The notes under the pieces: model-generated
Told to the model about the DNA's origin: nothing
The model's input: only the letters and a program-made list of their open reading frames with translations
Databases searched by the model: none
Assembly: GCA_951804945.1 (NCBI GenBank)
Contig: OX638153.1
Location: 82,522,001-82,586,000 of the forward strand
Direction of reading: 5' to 3'
Length of the DNA stretch: 64,000 nt
Source: Podarcis cretensis
Lineage: Eukaryota
Program-made: the position numbers and the translations under genes
Part shown: one piece after another, positions 24,314-38,723 of the stretch
Numbering within the stretch: the first letter of the stretch is position 1
How the letters are laid out: each line of letters begins with the position of its first letter

Positions 24314-25090
24314 TGTGGCTCGAGGACCCAACCCCCGCAATGTGGAATGAATACGCAAGGACACGTGATATAAGGTTAATGGGCAAGAAAAGGCCACAAC
24401 TTTATTGATTACAGCAGTGAAAAGGTATTGGCTTAGGCATTGGATGTCTCAAACAAGGGGGTTTATTCACCAGTAGGTGGAGCCTGTTGATGCTAATCCA
24501 ACTATAGGCTCTCCCCTGATGTCACCAAGGGTCGTGCCATGGCCTCCCGCCAAGCAGGCATCAGACAGAGTACACGACCTCCAGATTCCTTTAACGGAAT
24601 ACCCAAAAATTGAAGGCATAGGCGATGGCCACACCTAGCCCTTCGACACACCACAACACATTATTCCAATGCCTAACCTACCCACCGATACCACAAAAGT
24701 TGTGGCGATTGCTACGAGGTAGGTGAAAAAACCAAAAAGCCTAATGCCAAATGGAAAAATTCCTACCAGGCCCCCTGGACAACCAGGGCGACCAACCTAA
24801 GGTCCATAGCAAGGCCAAGGAACTAAGACCCTGAGCTTGAAGGGAGTGGAGGGTGGGTGACTTGCGACGAGACAACGGAGAGAAGAATGAGGCCGAGGAG
24901 GGGCTGGCGCCGCAGCATAAAGGTTGCTGTAAACGCCCCCTCGGAGGCACCTGGTTGGGTGCCTGCCGACGGGCGTGGGCGCCAGCCAGGTGAGTGGGGG
25001 AGGCAGGGGGCTAACGCCCCCTGCTAGGGGCGGAGCTCGGGCTCCCGCCCACAACCACTCCCCTCTCTTCCAGGGAGGAGAGTCTTAACA
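24314..25090 (-). mobile_element. CpG-rich LTR-like insertion (solo LTR or tyrosine-recombinase element terminal repeat)
   Basis: Sharp GC/CpG contrast with flanks; TG...CA ends; AATAAAGTTGTGGCC near the 3' end; no TSD found. Confidence 0.55.
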
Positions 25091-25399
25091 TGATGAGACA
25101 TTTTAGGGACCAGTCGATTTACTGTGGCATGAGCTTCCATGCACCCTACACAATTGCCCCTCAAGTCATATTCTGGCTACATTAGAAGACAAATGCAGAA
25201 TAGTATGCAAAGTGTTGGACTTGAGTCAGGGAGATTCAGGTTTAAAACCTTGCTCAGCCATTAAAGCTTACTAGGGTTTGGGGCGATTACTACATTTTAC
25301 TCTAATATATTACACAGCAGTGTTATGAACAGAAAAGAATGATAAACTTTTGGTTTGTCCTGTTGCTACTATGCCTTATCAAGGCCCATTGTGTTTGCG

Positions 25400-25900
25400 A
25401 AACAGTTCCATATCATGGTGTACTTTGCAATCAGTTGTGTCCATTATTATTACAACAAGGCCAATCTACCCTAATGTCCAATGGCAACATCCTCACTGGT
25501 TTAAGGTTAACTGGTTCCATTGTTAACCTTTTTTTAACATTAATAAGTTTTTCCTAATGTTCAATCCAAAACTACTATCCTGTACCTAAAGACCATTAGA
25601 TGTATTCCTGCCTTCCAAGGCAGCAGATATAAAATACCGGTATTTGCTTCTTCTGCTGTAATATCCCTTCAAGTATTTGAAGAGTGCTGTTATGCCCATC
25701 CCAACCCTGCCACGGCTTCTTTTCTCCAGGCTAAATGTACTTTTGTCATAGGACTTGTCTTCTATACTCTTGACCATCTTCATTGACCTCATCTGAACCC
25801 ATTCCAGTTTGTCTACATCCTTCTGAAAGCACAGCACCCAGCGCTAAGGCAAAGAACTCCAGCAAAAGTCTGACTGATGCAGAATGAGCACTTCTCATGA
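25400..25900 (-). mobile_element. Old CR1 LINE 3' fragment
   Basis: Degenerate FQKDVDKLEWVQ..MVK..FSLEKR..FKYLKG CR1 ORF2 motif. Confidence 0.75.
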
Positions 25901-25982
25901 CTTGAAACCTGTTCATCCACCAAAAGTTAACACTGCAATATACATTATTTAAATACGGTAAGCCGTGGTCTGTCAAAAGCAG

Positions 25983-26231
25983 AGGAGAAGAGAAGTTTGG
26001 ATTTGATATCCTGCTTTATCACTACTCTAGGGAGTCTCAAAGTGGCTAACAATCTCCTTTCCCTTCCTCCCCCACAAGAAAAACTCTGTGAGGTGAGTGA
26101 GGCTGAGAGACTTCGGAGAAGTGTGACTAGCCCAAGGTCACTCAGCAGCTGCATGTGGAGGAGCGGGGGCGTGAACCCGGTTCACCAGATTACAAGTCTA
26201 CCGCTCTTAACCACTACACCATACTGGCTCT
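25983..26231 (-). mobile_element. tRNA-derived SINE (Squam3/CORE-like)
   Basis: Head AGAGCCAGTATGGTGTAGTGGTTAAGAGC with A box; GTGACCTTGGGCTAGTCAC core; CTT-rich tail. Confidence 0.75.
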
Positions 26232-27069
26232 TGTAAATTGTTACAAAAGCACTTGTAAATTGTTATACAGTAGAACTTAAATCAGAAAAATGACACTGAT
26301 TTGAGGATATGCTTTCCTCATAGTAGTTTCTTCAGATGGGAATGACTTTGTGGTTGCTTTCCAGAGCAATGGATTAATATGGTAAATGATGGAAAAATCT
26401 TCAACGATATTATGATGGTGGCATATTTTCTTGCATCTCATTTTGTGTCTATTTCAGGTTTAATAATCAGTTTTTGTAATATGGGCCTGAACAATCAGGG
26501 GAAAGCAGGAAGCTCTTAACATCATTTTCTAATGAAAATGATCTAAGGTCATTTCATGCAATACAATGCATGAAAATAATACTGAGGGCCAAATGCTCAT
26601 TAAATTGTCCTACCAAAGAATCTGATACAAATACTAAGCAGATGTACTTCCAGGCCATAGTGCAAAAAGTAATAATATTTGAAATAAGTTACAGCTTCAC
26701 AAAATCTATTTCACCTAAAAGATGATAGAGCAATGCAGATACCTTAGTAGTACAAGGTGACCTGAATCTTTTCCAAGTATACCTTCATGTATTTGTGATT
26801 TTCTCAGTCTGCATATGTTGCAGAAGGTGACACACCTGAGGGAGGGGAGTCATGTATGAGTTCCTGATCTAATAATTAAGCAACTGTGAGGCCACAGAAA
26901 CTTGGCAGGTCTACCTGTGGAAACAATTGTATTTCCAGTAATGTTAACTGTGGCTATAACTATCAATGGCTCCTGTATATCCAGACTTCAATTTATGGTT
27001 TTAGTATGGGTGAAGTGGGAACCCTGGTTAGTACTAATTGCAATTAATGGTCCAGTATGGACCATCTCA

Positions 27070-27425
27070 AGGGACGTGGGTGGCACTGTGGGTTAAACTA
27101 CAGAGCCTAGAGTTTGCCGATCAGAAGGTCGGTGGTTCGAATCCCCGCGATGGGGTAAGCTCCCATTGCTCGGTCCCTGCTCCTGCCAACCTAGCAGTTT
27201 GAAAGTACATCAAAATGCAAGTAGATAAATAGGTACCGCTCAGGTGGGAAGGTAAACGGTGTTTCCGTGCGCTGCTCTGGTTCACCAGAAGGGGCTTAGT
27301 CATGCTGGCCACATGACCTGGAAGCTGTACACCGGCTCCCTCAGCCAATAAAGCGAGATGAGCGCCGCAACCCCAGAGTCGGCCACGACTGGACCTAACG
27401 GTCAGGGGGTCCCTTTACCTTTACT
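27070..27425 (+). mobile_element. Full-length Sauria SINE
   Basis: TSD TATGGACCATCTCA (27056-27069 and 27426-27439). Confidence 0.9.
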
Positions 27426-29686
27426 TATGGACCATCTCAGGAATTAGTGTTGGGTTGGGTTCTCCTCCCTAGTCCCTCCCTCCCCTGATGTACTACTTTG
27501 GAGCTTTTTTGTTGTTGCTTGTATTAAGCCAGAGTTCCGTGTTACATCTGAACCAGGTTAACCAGTTGTCAAGTCATGAAAATAAGCCTTCTCCTGAATG
27601 TTTAACTATAGTTTAGAAATTGGGAATATCACATTTGCATTCATTGTATACTGTACAAGGCATATTATTAACATAAATAAGCTTTTAGGACTTATTGTAG
27701 CATAATAAAGCAGCAAGTCCTAAGACCTGTGTTTTGAAGACTATAAGACAGCACTGCTCAAACTGAAGATTCTGAAGACACCAAGGCAACCTTTCCTATT
27801 TAGAAATTTGGTTTTCACTACAAAAGAAAAATAAATTCAAGTTTCTGAAACTCAGAACAGTCAAACCTAAACAGAAGAACAATACAGAGTAAAAGTTTTA
27901 TAAGTAAAAATAGCACATATTGAGAGATCTAGATACATGTGTCAAATGGAAAAGTTTAACATGGTATTAAGCCTGGCACAAGGTTACTCTTACTTCTCTT
28001 GTAGAAAGATTGTTTCAGCCCACTTGATTGTTAAAAGATTGTTAAAAAGGCCCACTTCATTTTCAAGGGAAAGGAAGCCAAAAATCAGATCTTATTACAA
28101 GAGTTCTAAATCAGTATATATGAATTCACCAACCTAAGATTGGTTTTGGGATATTTGCAAAACATTAAAGTGTACACTTGATTTCTCAGGAGCATATTAA
28201 AAACACCAACGATAAAATTACGACTGTGTTAAAATTAAGTATAAACACACTTCTACAAAAATCTGTGTTTGGGTCTTTGGGTTTCTCTCTAGAGATTAAA
28301 AAGTTTTGTGAGAACCAAAAGCAGCAGCATACATATTTCTTGTAATTAGAAGATGCTGTCAGCGCCTTTGTAACTGATGGGAAACAATGCACTATAATAG
28401 GTTATTGAAAGCTATGGGGGAAAATAAATACATTTTAAAATGGGTAACTTGTAGAATATTATTACAGCCAAACTTCAGTGACATTTGAGCAGCGTTGCAC
28501 ATTTTTTTCTGTGTGTTCCACCTTATGGCTGCAAAAAAGGATCCATAAAAAGGTATTCCATAAACACATAAAATGCAGAATATATTTTATTCCTACAAAC
28601 AAACACAGTGGAAACTGCATCACTGACGAGATGCTCACTGGATGATGGGAACATGTATGTATACATGGCTAGAAATGTAACCTGTAGTCAAGTGGACAGG
28701 CAAGTACCAGACCCAGTATCTTTTGTGTTCCTAGCTGGCTTTGCTCCATACTGGTATTGCTTTTTCCTCCAGCGGTTTTTGCTTAGATTCCTTGTTTCCT
28801 CCAAATGGCTATAACTTGAACTTCTTTATCCACTGTTGCCTTTCTTTGCTGCTATCCCCTTTTCAATCCCCCATGTTTTGACCTGCTTTCCTTCGTTAGC
28901 CCAGCCACAGCTTCCCTTTGCTTGGCCCATCCTGCTCTGTTAGATTGTCTGGTTTGACCCCTCACATTTGGTTGTACAAGGTTGTACTTTTACATCAGGG
29001 GTGAAGAACTGGATCAGGCTGGTGGGCCAGATCCTCATCTACCCTAACTCTTGCCAGCCAAATTTGACAGGTGAGCTGCCTATCTGTCAATCACCTGATA
29101 CCACAATGACATCATGTGATGCAGTGCTTTGAAGCCCTGACAATCAGCTGACTGTTGTAGTTTCAAAGTGCCATGCAGGACTCTTTAAAGCACCAATGAT
29201 ATGCTGATAATTGGGAACTGAAAGCTCTTTGAAACCCTGACAGTCACTGATCTTTAGCCAAATAGTGGGGAAGGTGCAGAAATACCTGGAATGTAGGAAA
29301 CAACCCAGTCAATGAATTGCTAAGCCACCTATTTGCCCCCTACAAAAGCATATGCAGCAGCTTTTGCTCTCTCCAAGCCATCTGAATACCTCAGACTGGC
29401 ATCCCAAAGTGGTTGTCCAGTTTGCTTCTTCAGTTGGGCCAGCCCTATTTGTTTGATGTGTAAACCCTCCAAGGTGGCTTGCTAGTGTATATAATTAACA
29501 AACCAGAAGCACAGTGCCATAAGCATTACTTGCATGTGCATCTGCACAAAATTAACATTAAATCAACTTTAGTATTTGCTTCTGGGCAGAAACAGCTGTA
29601 ATACAAAGGTTTTGTATTACCCATGAAACCAAGGTTTATAGTCACTGTTGTATACAAAGCTAATAGACTAATAGTGAACTAATGTA

Positions 29687-29879
29687 CAGTGGTACCTCGG
29701 GTTAAGAACTTAATTCATTCTGGAGGTCCATTCTTAACCTGAGGTACCACTTTAGCTAATGGGGCCTCCCACAGCCACCGTGCGATTTCTGTTCTCATCC
29801 TGAAGTTCTTAACCTGAGGTACTATTTCTGGGTTAGCGCAGTCTGTAACCTGAAGCGTCTGTAACCCGAGGTACCACTG
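29687..29879. mobile_element. Tc1/mariner MITE, family A (opposite orientation, internal deletions)
   Basis: TA-CAGTGGTACCTCGGGTTA...TAACCCGAGGTACCACTG-TA. Confidence 0.88.
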
Positions 29880-30674
29880 TACTACAACGGTGATTAAGAA
29901 CTGAAACCACTGCTACCTTTTAAAATAATTTCAGTCCTCCTCTCATTCTTAATCTTGGAATTTAGTCAATGATTTGGCTCTTTACTAATCTAAGATATGG
30001 ATTAAATGCATAACCTACTTTCAAATATTAGGATCATTATCTCATCTAGTGAATTGTATCATATCAAAATGTGCTGTTTTGGAAAAGAATTGCTGCCAAA
30101 AACCTCTTTTTAAATTCTGGTTACAGTGCACTGTCAAATTTCAGTAGAATTCTACTCAGTCATTGTCAGTATATTCCAAAGAAATCAATGGGAGACCACA
30201 AGGGAAACCATGATATTCCAGTGTAATTTATTTAAAGAACTGAATTTGGTAAAAAATAAATACATTCAAATATATAGGTCATACTAGGGAAAACTGGGAT
30301 GCAATCCCTGAACAGCATTAAGGGAAACAAATTTGCTAGGTCTACAGTTATTGAATGGAAATATCATCTTTAATGTAGTAATGCATTTATTCCATGCATA
30401 GTAGCTACTTTTGAAAGAGTAGCCTATCAATTACATTTTTTTTTTACAGAATCAAAAGCAACAGTTTTAATTATGGGATAAAATAATTCATGGTGCTTTT
30501 TTTCATTTCAAATTGATACTGATCATGGAGTTTAATCCCAATAGAAAACTTTAAAAATATATCTACAAATATTTGCTGACAAACACATATTACAAATACA
30601 GAATACAAATACATATTTGCAGATGCAGCCTTCGGGAGGAAGGTACTGCAAAGAGTGGTACAGAGTTCCGTCCT

Positions 30675-30817
30675 GGATACCTCAATTGATTAGAGCATGG
30701 TGCTAGGTCTTGTAGGTTGCAGGTTCGATCCCTGTATGGGACAGCTGCAGATTCCTGCACTGCAGGGGGTTGGACTAGATGATCCTCAGGGTCCCTCCCA
30801 ACTCTATGATTCTATAT
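30675..30817 (+). mobile_element. Short tRNA-headed SINE with CR1-type tail
   Basis: B-box GGTTCGATCCC; tail GGTTGGACTAGATGATCCTCAGGGTCCCTCCCAACTCTATGATTCTAT. Confidence 0.7.
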
Positions 30818-32468
30818 TATAAAGGAAATCTTAAGACTGCTTTTTTTCTGAGTACAAAGTATCATGCAAGTATGAAGAACAAATACGTATCATACGTATT
30901 TTATACTCTAGTCCAATGCCACAGTACAACGATCATAAGAAGTAGTCCTTTTAACTGCTTTGTTATGATGAGAGAAGTGGCAGTAAAAGTAACCAACCAA
31001 AAGTGACTGAAAATAAAATGGCTTTCATGCACTCTACAGAGTTTAACAACCCTTCACCATGCAGTTTAAATCATCTAGAAAATATCTCAACACATTCTGA
31101 AGTGAAGAAACAAAATGCCATTGTAGTCTTTGTCAACTGGTTCTCTTTATTATCATTGCTACCTACCTTCATTTACAGGAGGGCAAAGAAAACAGCAAGG
31201 AGATTATAGAAACTTGCAAATAATGCTTTTTACACAATTCTTGTTTCAGATTTATATAATGTTGTCAAGCTTTATAAAAACTCATTCCCATCAATCTATT
31301 CTGAAATGCGAGCAGGAAACAACACAGAGTGTAAACTCTTCCTCTAGATACCTGAGGCCAGGGCAAGATACAGGTTTAAATTCCATCCCATTATTGTGCC
31401 CAAGTTTCATTATCTTCACAGTCAAGGAAGTGGTGGTACAGTCTCTACTACCAAAAATCCCTCTGAAGGTAAAAATATTTTCTGACCACTGCTCCACCTC
31501 AACCACATCTTCAAGAAAGGGCACAGCTACTATAATGACTACTCATTTTAAAAAGCTATGCTCATGCATTTGAATGATGAGACATATGGGAGATGTCCTA
31601 TTGCATAGAGTAGAGATCAATAATATAATTAAAAGTTAGTATGCAGAGGCATTCACAATATAACAAAATATTCAGTAGGAAAATGTGTTGCCCGCAAGTC
31701 TAAAAAATACAGATGATGTTCCAATACTTAGACTAAACTAAACAACTGTAGTAGAGTTTTATTTTTGTACAATAGTGCACAGGTTAAAAAAAATCCCTTA
31801 AAATCTGCAAAAGAATTCAAAACTATAATAAAAATGGCACTAACCATTGTCTAATGGGGCTCAATTAACCTCTTGTAAAGAAAGCAGAAAAGTAACATTC
31901 CTTTATATGAAGGACCAGATTGACTAAATGATTGTAACAACAAAAAATCATGTATATGTGTGTGTGCACTCGTACTGACTGTGGCTTATAATGTTCTTTA
32001 TGCTTTATATAAATGTTTCTTTCATTCTCTGGGGCACTGAGAAAGGGGTCCTCTCTTGTGATTCATTTTCTGTAACTGCGGGGGTGGGGGAATATTAGAA
32101 GGCCTCAGTCCTTCCTGATTTCTATTTCTGTGTAAGAGTAATGCGACATGACCAACAGTGTCAAAGCAGGCATACAAACCCACAGGAAGTCACCCACAAG
32201 GTATGTATGAATAGTCACAGGCGTCAGGCACTGGTCTTTTCTTCAGACACTTAGCATTTTAAAAATCAGGGACAAAGAAAATGCAACTGTTTTTTGTATT
32301 ATATGTAGAAGTGTGTTTGGCTTTGAACATAATCTATGCCTGGCACAAATGTTAAGAGCACCTACCAAAGTTAATTCTAATACTGGGTATTGTTGCTTTT
32401 CATGAAATTGCATGACATTTTAACTGAAGTCTGTTTCTAAGCAGTACTACTGTAAAAGTGGCACGCAT

Positions 32469-32499
<31 letters not shown>

Positions 32500-33742
32500 A
32501 AGGAACAGATGAAAAGCAAAAAAGAGATGGAAGCAAAAGAGTATTTGTTAGCGTATTTAATTAAATTATGCTTTGTAACTAGTTGCATATGCTGTAGAAG
32601 GGTTAATGATATGTATATCTCCTGATGGCTCTCGAGGGAGCAATTCGCTGATTCAGCTCCATTACATCAGACACAATAAAAATGTCTGTGTTGACCAGAA
32701 AGCCAGGTCTGGTTCTCTTCAAACACTATCACAATGGTTATGTGACTCATTCTCTCTTCTCTCTCAGCACCAGCATTGGCTAATTCTTTAGGAGCTATTT
32801 ATATTTAAGTCAAGGAAAAAAATTGCATGAAGCAGCAAAAACGAAGGAGGCAAGCCTCATAAATTATTCCTGCCAGCTGTAAAGGAATAGATAGTATCTG
32901 GCTTTAGCTACTGTTAATCCCCTCCCCATTCCTCTGTAGGAAGAAAGTCCCATTTTAAAGTATTTTTCTGTAAACAGACTTAACTTCAATATTTTATGTT
33001 GTGTGTTCTGTAATAGATGAACTTACAAATGAATAAGAAAAGTCTCTGTAAAGTTTGTGTTTCTTCTCTCATTCTTCTTATGCTTCGAAACAAATACACC
33101 ACCTATATATTTTGTGTTTATAAATCAAAAATAATTCATACCGATGCCAGACTCATAAACAATACCATGGATTAGAATTCTCACTTTGCCTATAATTGTT
33201 GAAAGAGTGGAGTAGGGGATTTTTTCCATTAATAGCTTGAATGTATGACACAGTGGTTGAAAAATGTTTGGGAGTAACTAACATCAGGGTTTGCAACAAG
33301 TGATGCTTTTACTTAGTATGCAGTCTCCTCCTCAGAGTCTATCTTAAGGCTATGACTAAATGCAGAATTTGGGGTTTCACCATTAAGGTAGCAAAATGGG
33401 AGCGGAGTGGAGGAAAGCTGAATATCCAGCCTAATTGATTAATGAACAGCTCTGGGAACCTGAAAGCTTGCTTATTGTTTTGTACTATTTTGGTGGATCC
33501 GTATAAAGGCAATGACCAACAATGGATTTTGAAATCCTTCAAGTGGACCAGATTCGGCTTCCTTTCAATCCAGAATCAACACCCGACATTATGAAACATT
33601 TGCCAGCACCCATAAACTGCAACAGGGTCCACCAGTGCTGCTATTTCCAAATGCCCTCCTCCAAGCACCCTCTACCACATGCCCCTGCTCCAACTGGTAG
33701 CACTGCTGCAACCACCAGCCTCTGCCCCTTCCAAGCTAATCC

Positions 33743-34525
33743 AGTTGTTGTTATTCATCAGTCTCAAAAGACTATGAAAGAGTGTGCCACTGAGGTCAAA
33801 CTGTTGGAGTTACAGCGCCTGTTGTGGCTGTAGAAACCAATATGGGATTGTTGCAGCTGGGCAGATGAAGGCATCTGGTTTCACTGTTACAGATGCACCA
33901 TGGTATTTCTTCTCTCTGCACTCCCTCCCAGTGATCATTCCTCCTCTGGTCACTGTTGTGGATACACAACCAGACTGTCTCCAAGCACTGAGGTCGTCTG
34001 CAAGGGTTTCCACACAGCAGGGTTCATGTTGCCAGTCTTCATGCCATGTTTGCAGACATCTTTGTAATGCAGAGTTGGTTTGCCAATAGGTCTGATGCCT
34101 GAAGCCAGCTCCCTGTAGAGCACATCCTTGGGGATCCTGCCATCTTCCATTCTGTGGACATGACTAAGCCAACGTAGATATCGCTGAGAGAGAAGTGCCA
34201 ACATACTGGGAATGTGGGCATGATAGAGCACATCTTTTTTTTGAAACTCTAACCTGCCACGTGATGCCCAAAATCTTCTGGACACAGCACATATGGATTT
34301 CGATGTCATTCCTGACAGGTATAGCATTCTCCCATACCCTTTTGGAGAGAGCTATTGCCATAGCTGCCTTACCTACACTTTTCCAGCTCAGTGTCCATGG
34401 AAAGTATGCTGGTTATGGTGGAGCCCAGGTAGACAGAATAGTCCACCACCTCAAGCATGTGGCCACCAATGCTGATGCGTGGAGTGCTGGTAATGCCCTG
34501 ACCCAAGATGTTGGTCTTTCTTCAT
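33743..34525 (-). mobile_element. RTE-clade LINE 3' fragment
   Basis: LRWLSHVHRMEDGRIPKDVLY.EL motif; (CAA)n tail; frameshifted. Confidence 0.85.
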
Positions 34526-34747
34526 GAGGCAGTGATGCTGCAATAAACCAGAAGCTGACTGGTTGATCAGCTCCTAGCCCATTACTTCACAGCTGCTAGG
34601 TTAGGTTATTAACAAGTACAGGTGTGCAGCTCCCCCCCATTCTCCACCCCCCTTGAATGAAATTTTCATGTGTGAAGAGGTTCCTGAAATCCAGCATAAA
34701 CTCTATACTGTTGTATTACAAAGTATTCTCTCAGATTTTCAATGAAG

Positions 34748-34751
<4 letters not shown>

Positions 34752-34782
<31 letters not shown>

Positions 34783-34942
34783 TTATTATTTGTACCCCAG
34801 CCACTCTGGGCGGCTTCCAACAAAGATTAAAAATACATTAAAAACTTCCTTAAACAGGGCTGCCTTCAGATGTCTTCTAAATGTCAGGTAGTTGTTTATC
34901 TCTTTGACATCTGCTGGGAGGGTGTTCCACAGGGTGGGCACC
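34752..34942 (-). mobile_element. L2 LINE 3' end
   Basis: PTLWNTLPADVKEINNYLTFRRHLKAALF; (TTA)n tail. Confidence 0.85.
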
Positions 34943-35264
34943 TCAATTAAAGAAGAAATAATGTTTAATTTAAAGAACACTCTTCTAGGCTGTAGCTGAA
35001 TTCTAAGAAGTGTAACTGAATTCAGTAGGCCACATCTTGAGTTGCAAATAATTGACAATTTGAAAATTTAGTAATTTGAAATCCTATTAAGCTCTACTAG
35101 GAGTAAATGCTGCTGTTTTCAATATGGCTCACTCCCAAGTAAATATGAATAAGATTGCAGTCTGAAATTAGTAAGCCTACGAATGTGAACAATGCATACA
35201 AAGAAGTTATTCAGATTATGGCTTTGTTGTGACAGATTTTGGGGAAAAGTTTCTGACTCATTTG

Positions 35265-35865
35265 CCATGTTCTCACATACCACTAAACCACTATTTAGCA
35301 CTACATGCATGAGCTGGAATGAGCCCAAGCACAGCCTTGGGCTCACACACTCCCCCTACCTTTTCCACCTCCTGAGCAGACTGGATAAGGATTTTGCCAG
35401 CATTTAGCTTCACTTTCCCCTAATCTTGACTTGTTGTTGCATATAAACCAGATATTGTGGTTTATCAGAAACTCTGGTTAGTTAAACAAGCTAGCTTCAT
35501 AACTCATGGTTTGAAGTTTGCTTATTTTGAAACTGACTAGTTTGAAATAAACCATGATCCCTGGTTCCTATGCAACAAGTCAAGATTAGGGGAACATGAA
35601 ACTAAACACTGGCAAAGTCGTTCTCACAGCTGCATGGGAGGAGAGAATCAGAGATGTGAAAGCCCAGGAAAAAACAGGAAAAATGGAGGAGGTACCCAAA
35701 CTCCCCCCATTTTCCCATTCTTTCAATTGGGTGGGTTGATTTTTCCAGTTTCTTTCCAGGCCTTCACATCTCTGGGAATGATTTATTTTAAAGCTTTGCT
35801 CATGTTCATTCCTTGTCACTGATGTTGTGCAAACCATGGTTTAGCATTATGTTCTAACTGGGCTA
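35265..35865. mobile_element. Degenerate palindromic non-autonomous element
   Basis: CTAATCTTGACTTGTTG / CAACAAGTCAAGATTAG and further nested inverted segments. Confidence 0.5.
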
Positions 35866-38723
35866 GTGTTACTTTCAAACATATTCTTCAAATATCTATT
35901 GCATTATCAACAATGTATGTGTTACAAGTATACCTCCCACCCTTCCTTCAAGGAGCTCAATGTGGTATATATGCATCCCCCCTCTTATCTCACACAAATC
36001 TTATGAAGTAGGTTAGGAAAAGAGACAGTGACTGGCCCAGAGACTAGCTCTATTTTACATGGTAATCCACTATCCTACCCTAAGCTCTTCATCTTATTCT
36101 ACAATTGTCATTATTATTTCTAAGTGATTGATGAATCATGGATTCCAATATTCATAATCTGAGTCAGGCTAGGTAATAGGTGGGGGCACACTGCTTTGTC
36201 AAGGAAAATTAAGGCACCACTCAAAATATTACAGCTGTACAACAGGTGCCAATATGATAACAGTTGTTTGAGGAAGGACTAGAAGTCACAAGCTGTTGTG
36301 AAATGAAAGTAAACTTCTGGACTGTAAAATACTAGTGCAACGTGATTTATTGTCTGCTAATAATGTTCATAATTGAGATGTAAAGCACCTATATTGTTTT
36401 TGTTTTGTGGCTGTGAATCCTCACCATGAATAGTGTATGCAGAACAGAGTAGTAGGAGACAAAGACTGAGAGGAAGCAGGAGAGGAAGGAAGTATTAAAG
36501 GACAAGTGAGTGTGGAATGGAGTGAGAGGACAAGAGAGAAATGTATGAAACTGGGAGATGTAAATCGTATCAAAATTGTTATGTGTTAGAAAGTTTTCTT
36601 TTTAAAAGCCAACACAAAAATTTATGTAGCATTTTTAATATTTCAGTATAAAACACTTTAATACCAGACTACTGCATACTAAAGTTACACTAGCATAAGA
36701 CCCTTTCATGGAGTGGTAAGGTGTTGAAAGGGATGGTAACCCTACTGTTACAAACTTAGCTCACTCTCATGCCAGTACCCTGAGGAAACTCTATTTCACT
36801 CTTTATAATTATATTTAACTATTATCAAATAGAATATACTATGGCAGATGTGAATCACCGTAACAAGAACTAGTCTTCATGATTGATTAGCAATTTATCT
36901 ACTTTAATGCTTCAGCTGCAAACACTGTCTTTGGAAGATCAATTATTTTGGCACAAAATTGCAGCTTATTTTATGAACAGCATACTTTCTGGTCTGAAAA
37001 GATTATGATTGAAAAGCTCCAAACAATACTATTTTGTCAGAGAACCTTAGTCAACCTAAATCAGAAATAGCCATTTATCCTTTTTTTTCTAGCCAGAAAT
37101 AAAGCAAAAACAACTATTAAAGAGATGAAAGTTTAAAAATTTAAAACTAAATATCCCACCTTCTTAGTTGACTAAGAAGTATTTTAGAAGTAAAAATAAA
37201 TTAGTGATGAATAGACCTTGAAGCTATGATTTATAATAGATTTTCAGATTCAGAAGAAAATGATAATTTCTGAACTTCCTTATTAACTACATTTAATATC
37301 TGTTTCTAATTTGAAGTGATGTGAATTGATCATTTGCAGCACATTTTTTCCTTTTGATTTAAATATCAACTTGGACACATTTTGAACTCTTGGGCATGAG
37401 TAGCAAGAGGAAAGAGAGTAACATTGTTCAAAACAGTTCTAGAAACGTGAGTGAAACATGCATACATGAACAGAAATCTGAAGCCTAATTCAGCACTTCT
37501 GTGCAGAGTCAAGGAGCACATGTGTGCAATTACACCTCAGACCCATGTCATTCATGGCCCACAGGGAGGGTGGCAATCCTAGTGGAGTAATCAGATTACC
37601 AGAGGCTGAAAAGAAGCTGGTAGCAGTTTATGTAGTGCTATAAAGTGATCCCTGCCCGCAAGGAACTCAAATTCCTCTCAATGCTATATTAGCCTCTGGG
37701 ATATGACAACTCCATTAAGAACGGAAGCCTGCTCCCACCTCGCCACATGGGCAATCACTACCAGCATATTCCCGCTTATCAGCCAGAATCCTGAATAGGC
37801 ACATTTCATTTGTGGGCATTTCATCCACTACTCAGTCTAATAGGTATTTTGATCAGTTCCTCGTTCCTGCTTGAAAAGAGGTGTCCTTCTCCACCACAAA
37901 GCACACTCAAAACCTGCTCTGAAATGATCCATCAAATTTAAGAGATAAATATACAACAAAACATTAAAACCATAACTTAAAAGCAGCTATTAAAATATTC
38001 AAATGATTATTAAAATCAACAGTAGCTAAAAATAAATAGCACACTTGTAACTTCTACATGCCTGGATAGACTTGCCTAAATAAATTTGCTCTAAGCAGGC
38101 ACCAGAAAGGGTACAGTGAAGGCACTTGCCTGATGTCAATAGGAAGGGACCTTTTAATTGTAATTTCTGCTACACTAAAAGACTGATTTCTTCGAAGTGC
38201 AGAATGGGTATTATGTGGCACCTGAAACAGGGCCAGTTGTGCATACTGAAGCAGTCAAGTGGGCACAGATGGGGTAAAGTGATGCCTCAAGTAAACTGAT
38301 TCCAAGTGGCTAAGGCTTTCTATACCAATAGTAATACCTCAAACATGGCCCAGTAGCAAATAAGTAACCAGTGCAGATCTCTTGGAAGTGTTGTATGTTG
38401 ACAGGGGAATAAGACTGCTTATTAATCACATAGCATAATGAAAAGTTGAAAAGCCTTTGAATGTAAAACTTTAAATTGGAAATGTAAGATGTACCAGTGA
38501 AATTTCTTTACTATTTTTCTTTACTACTATGTAAACAAATATACAGTGTATACATTAAAAATTCTAAGTTATGGTCCAATTTTATAAAGTTTAAATTTTT
38601 AATGTATACAGCATTCTTTTCTAAAAGTGAATCCACTAAGCACACCAGGAAATAATTTATAAAGATACCCCACTGGACAGACACCCCAAAACAAGAGTTA
38701 TTCTCAAATCATCAGTTACTTAC

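Noticed and set aside
28318-28345. AGCAGCA seed resembling miR-15/16
   Set aside because: No match to the rest of the mature miRNA and no precursor hairpin; that cluster is expected in the neighbouring SMC4 gene
31130-31573. Possible nested gene (ORFs 31130..31573 + and 31291..31524 -; AG/GT-bounded 47-nt segment 31422-31468)
   Set aside because: No recognisable protein homology and no chain of compatible exons; consistent with chance
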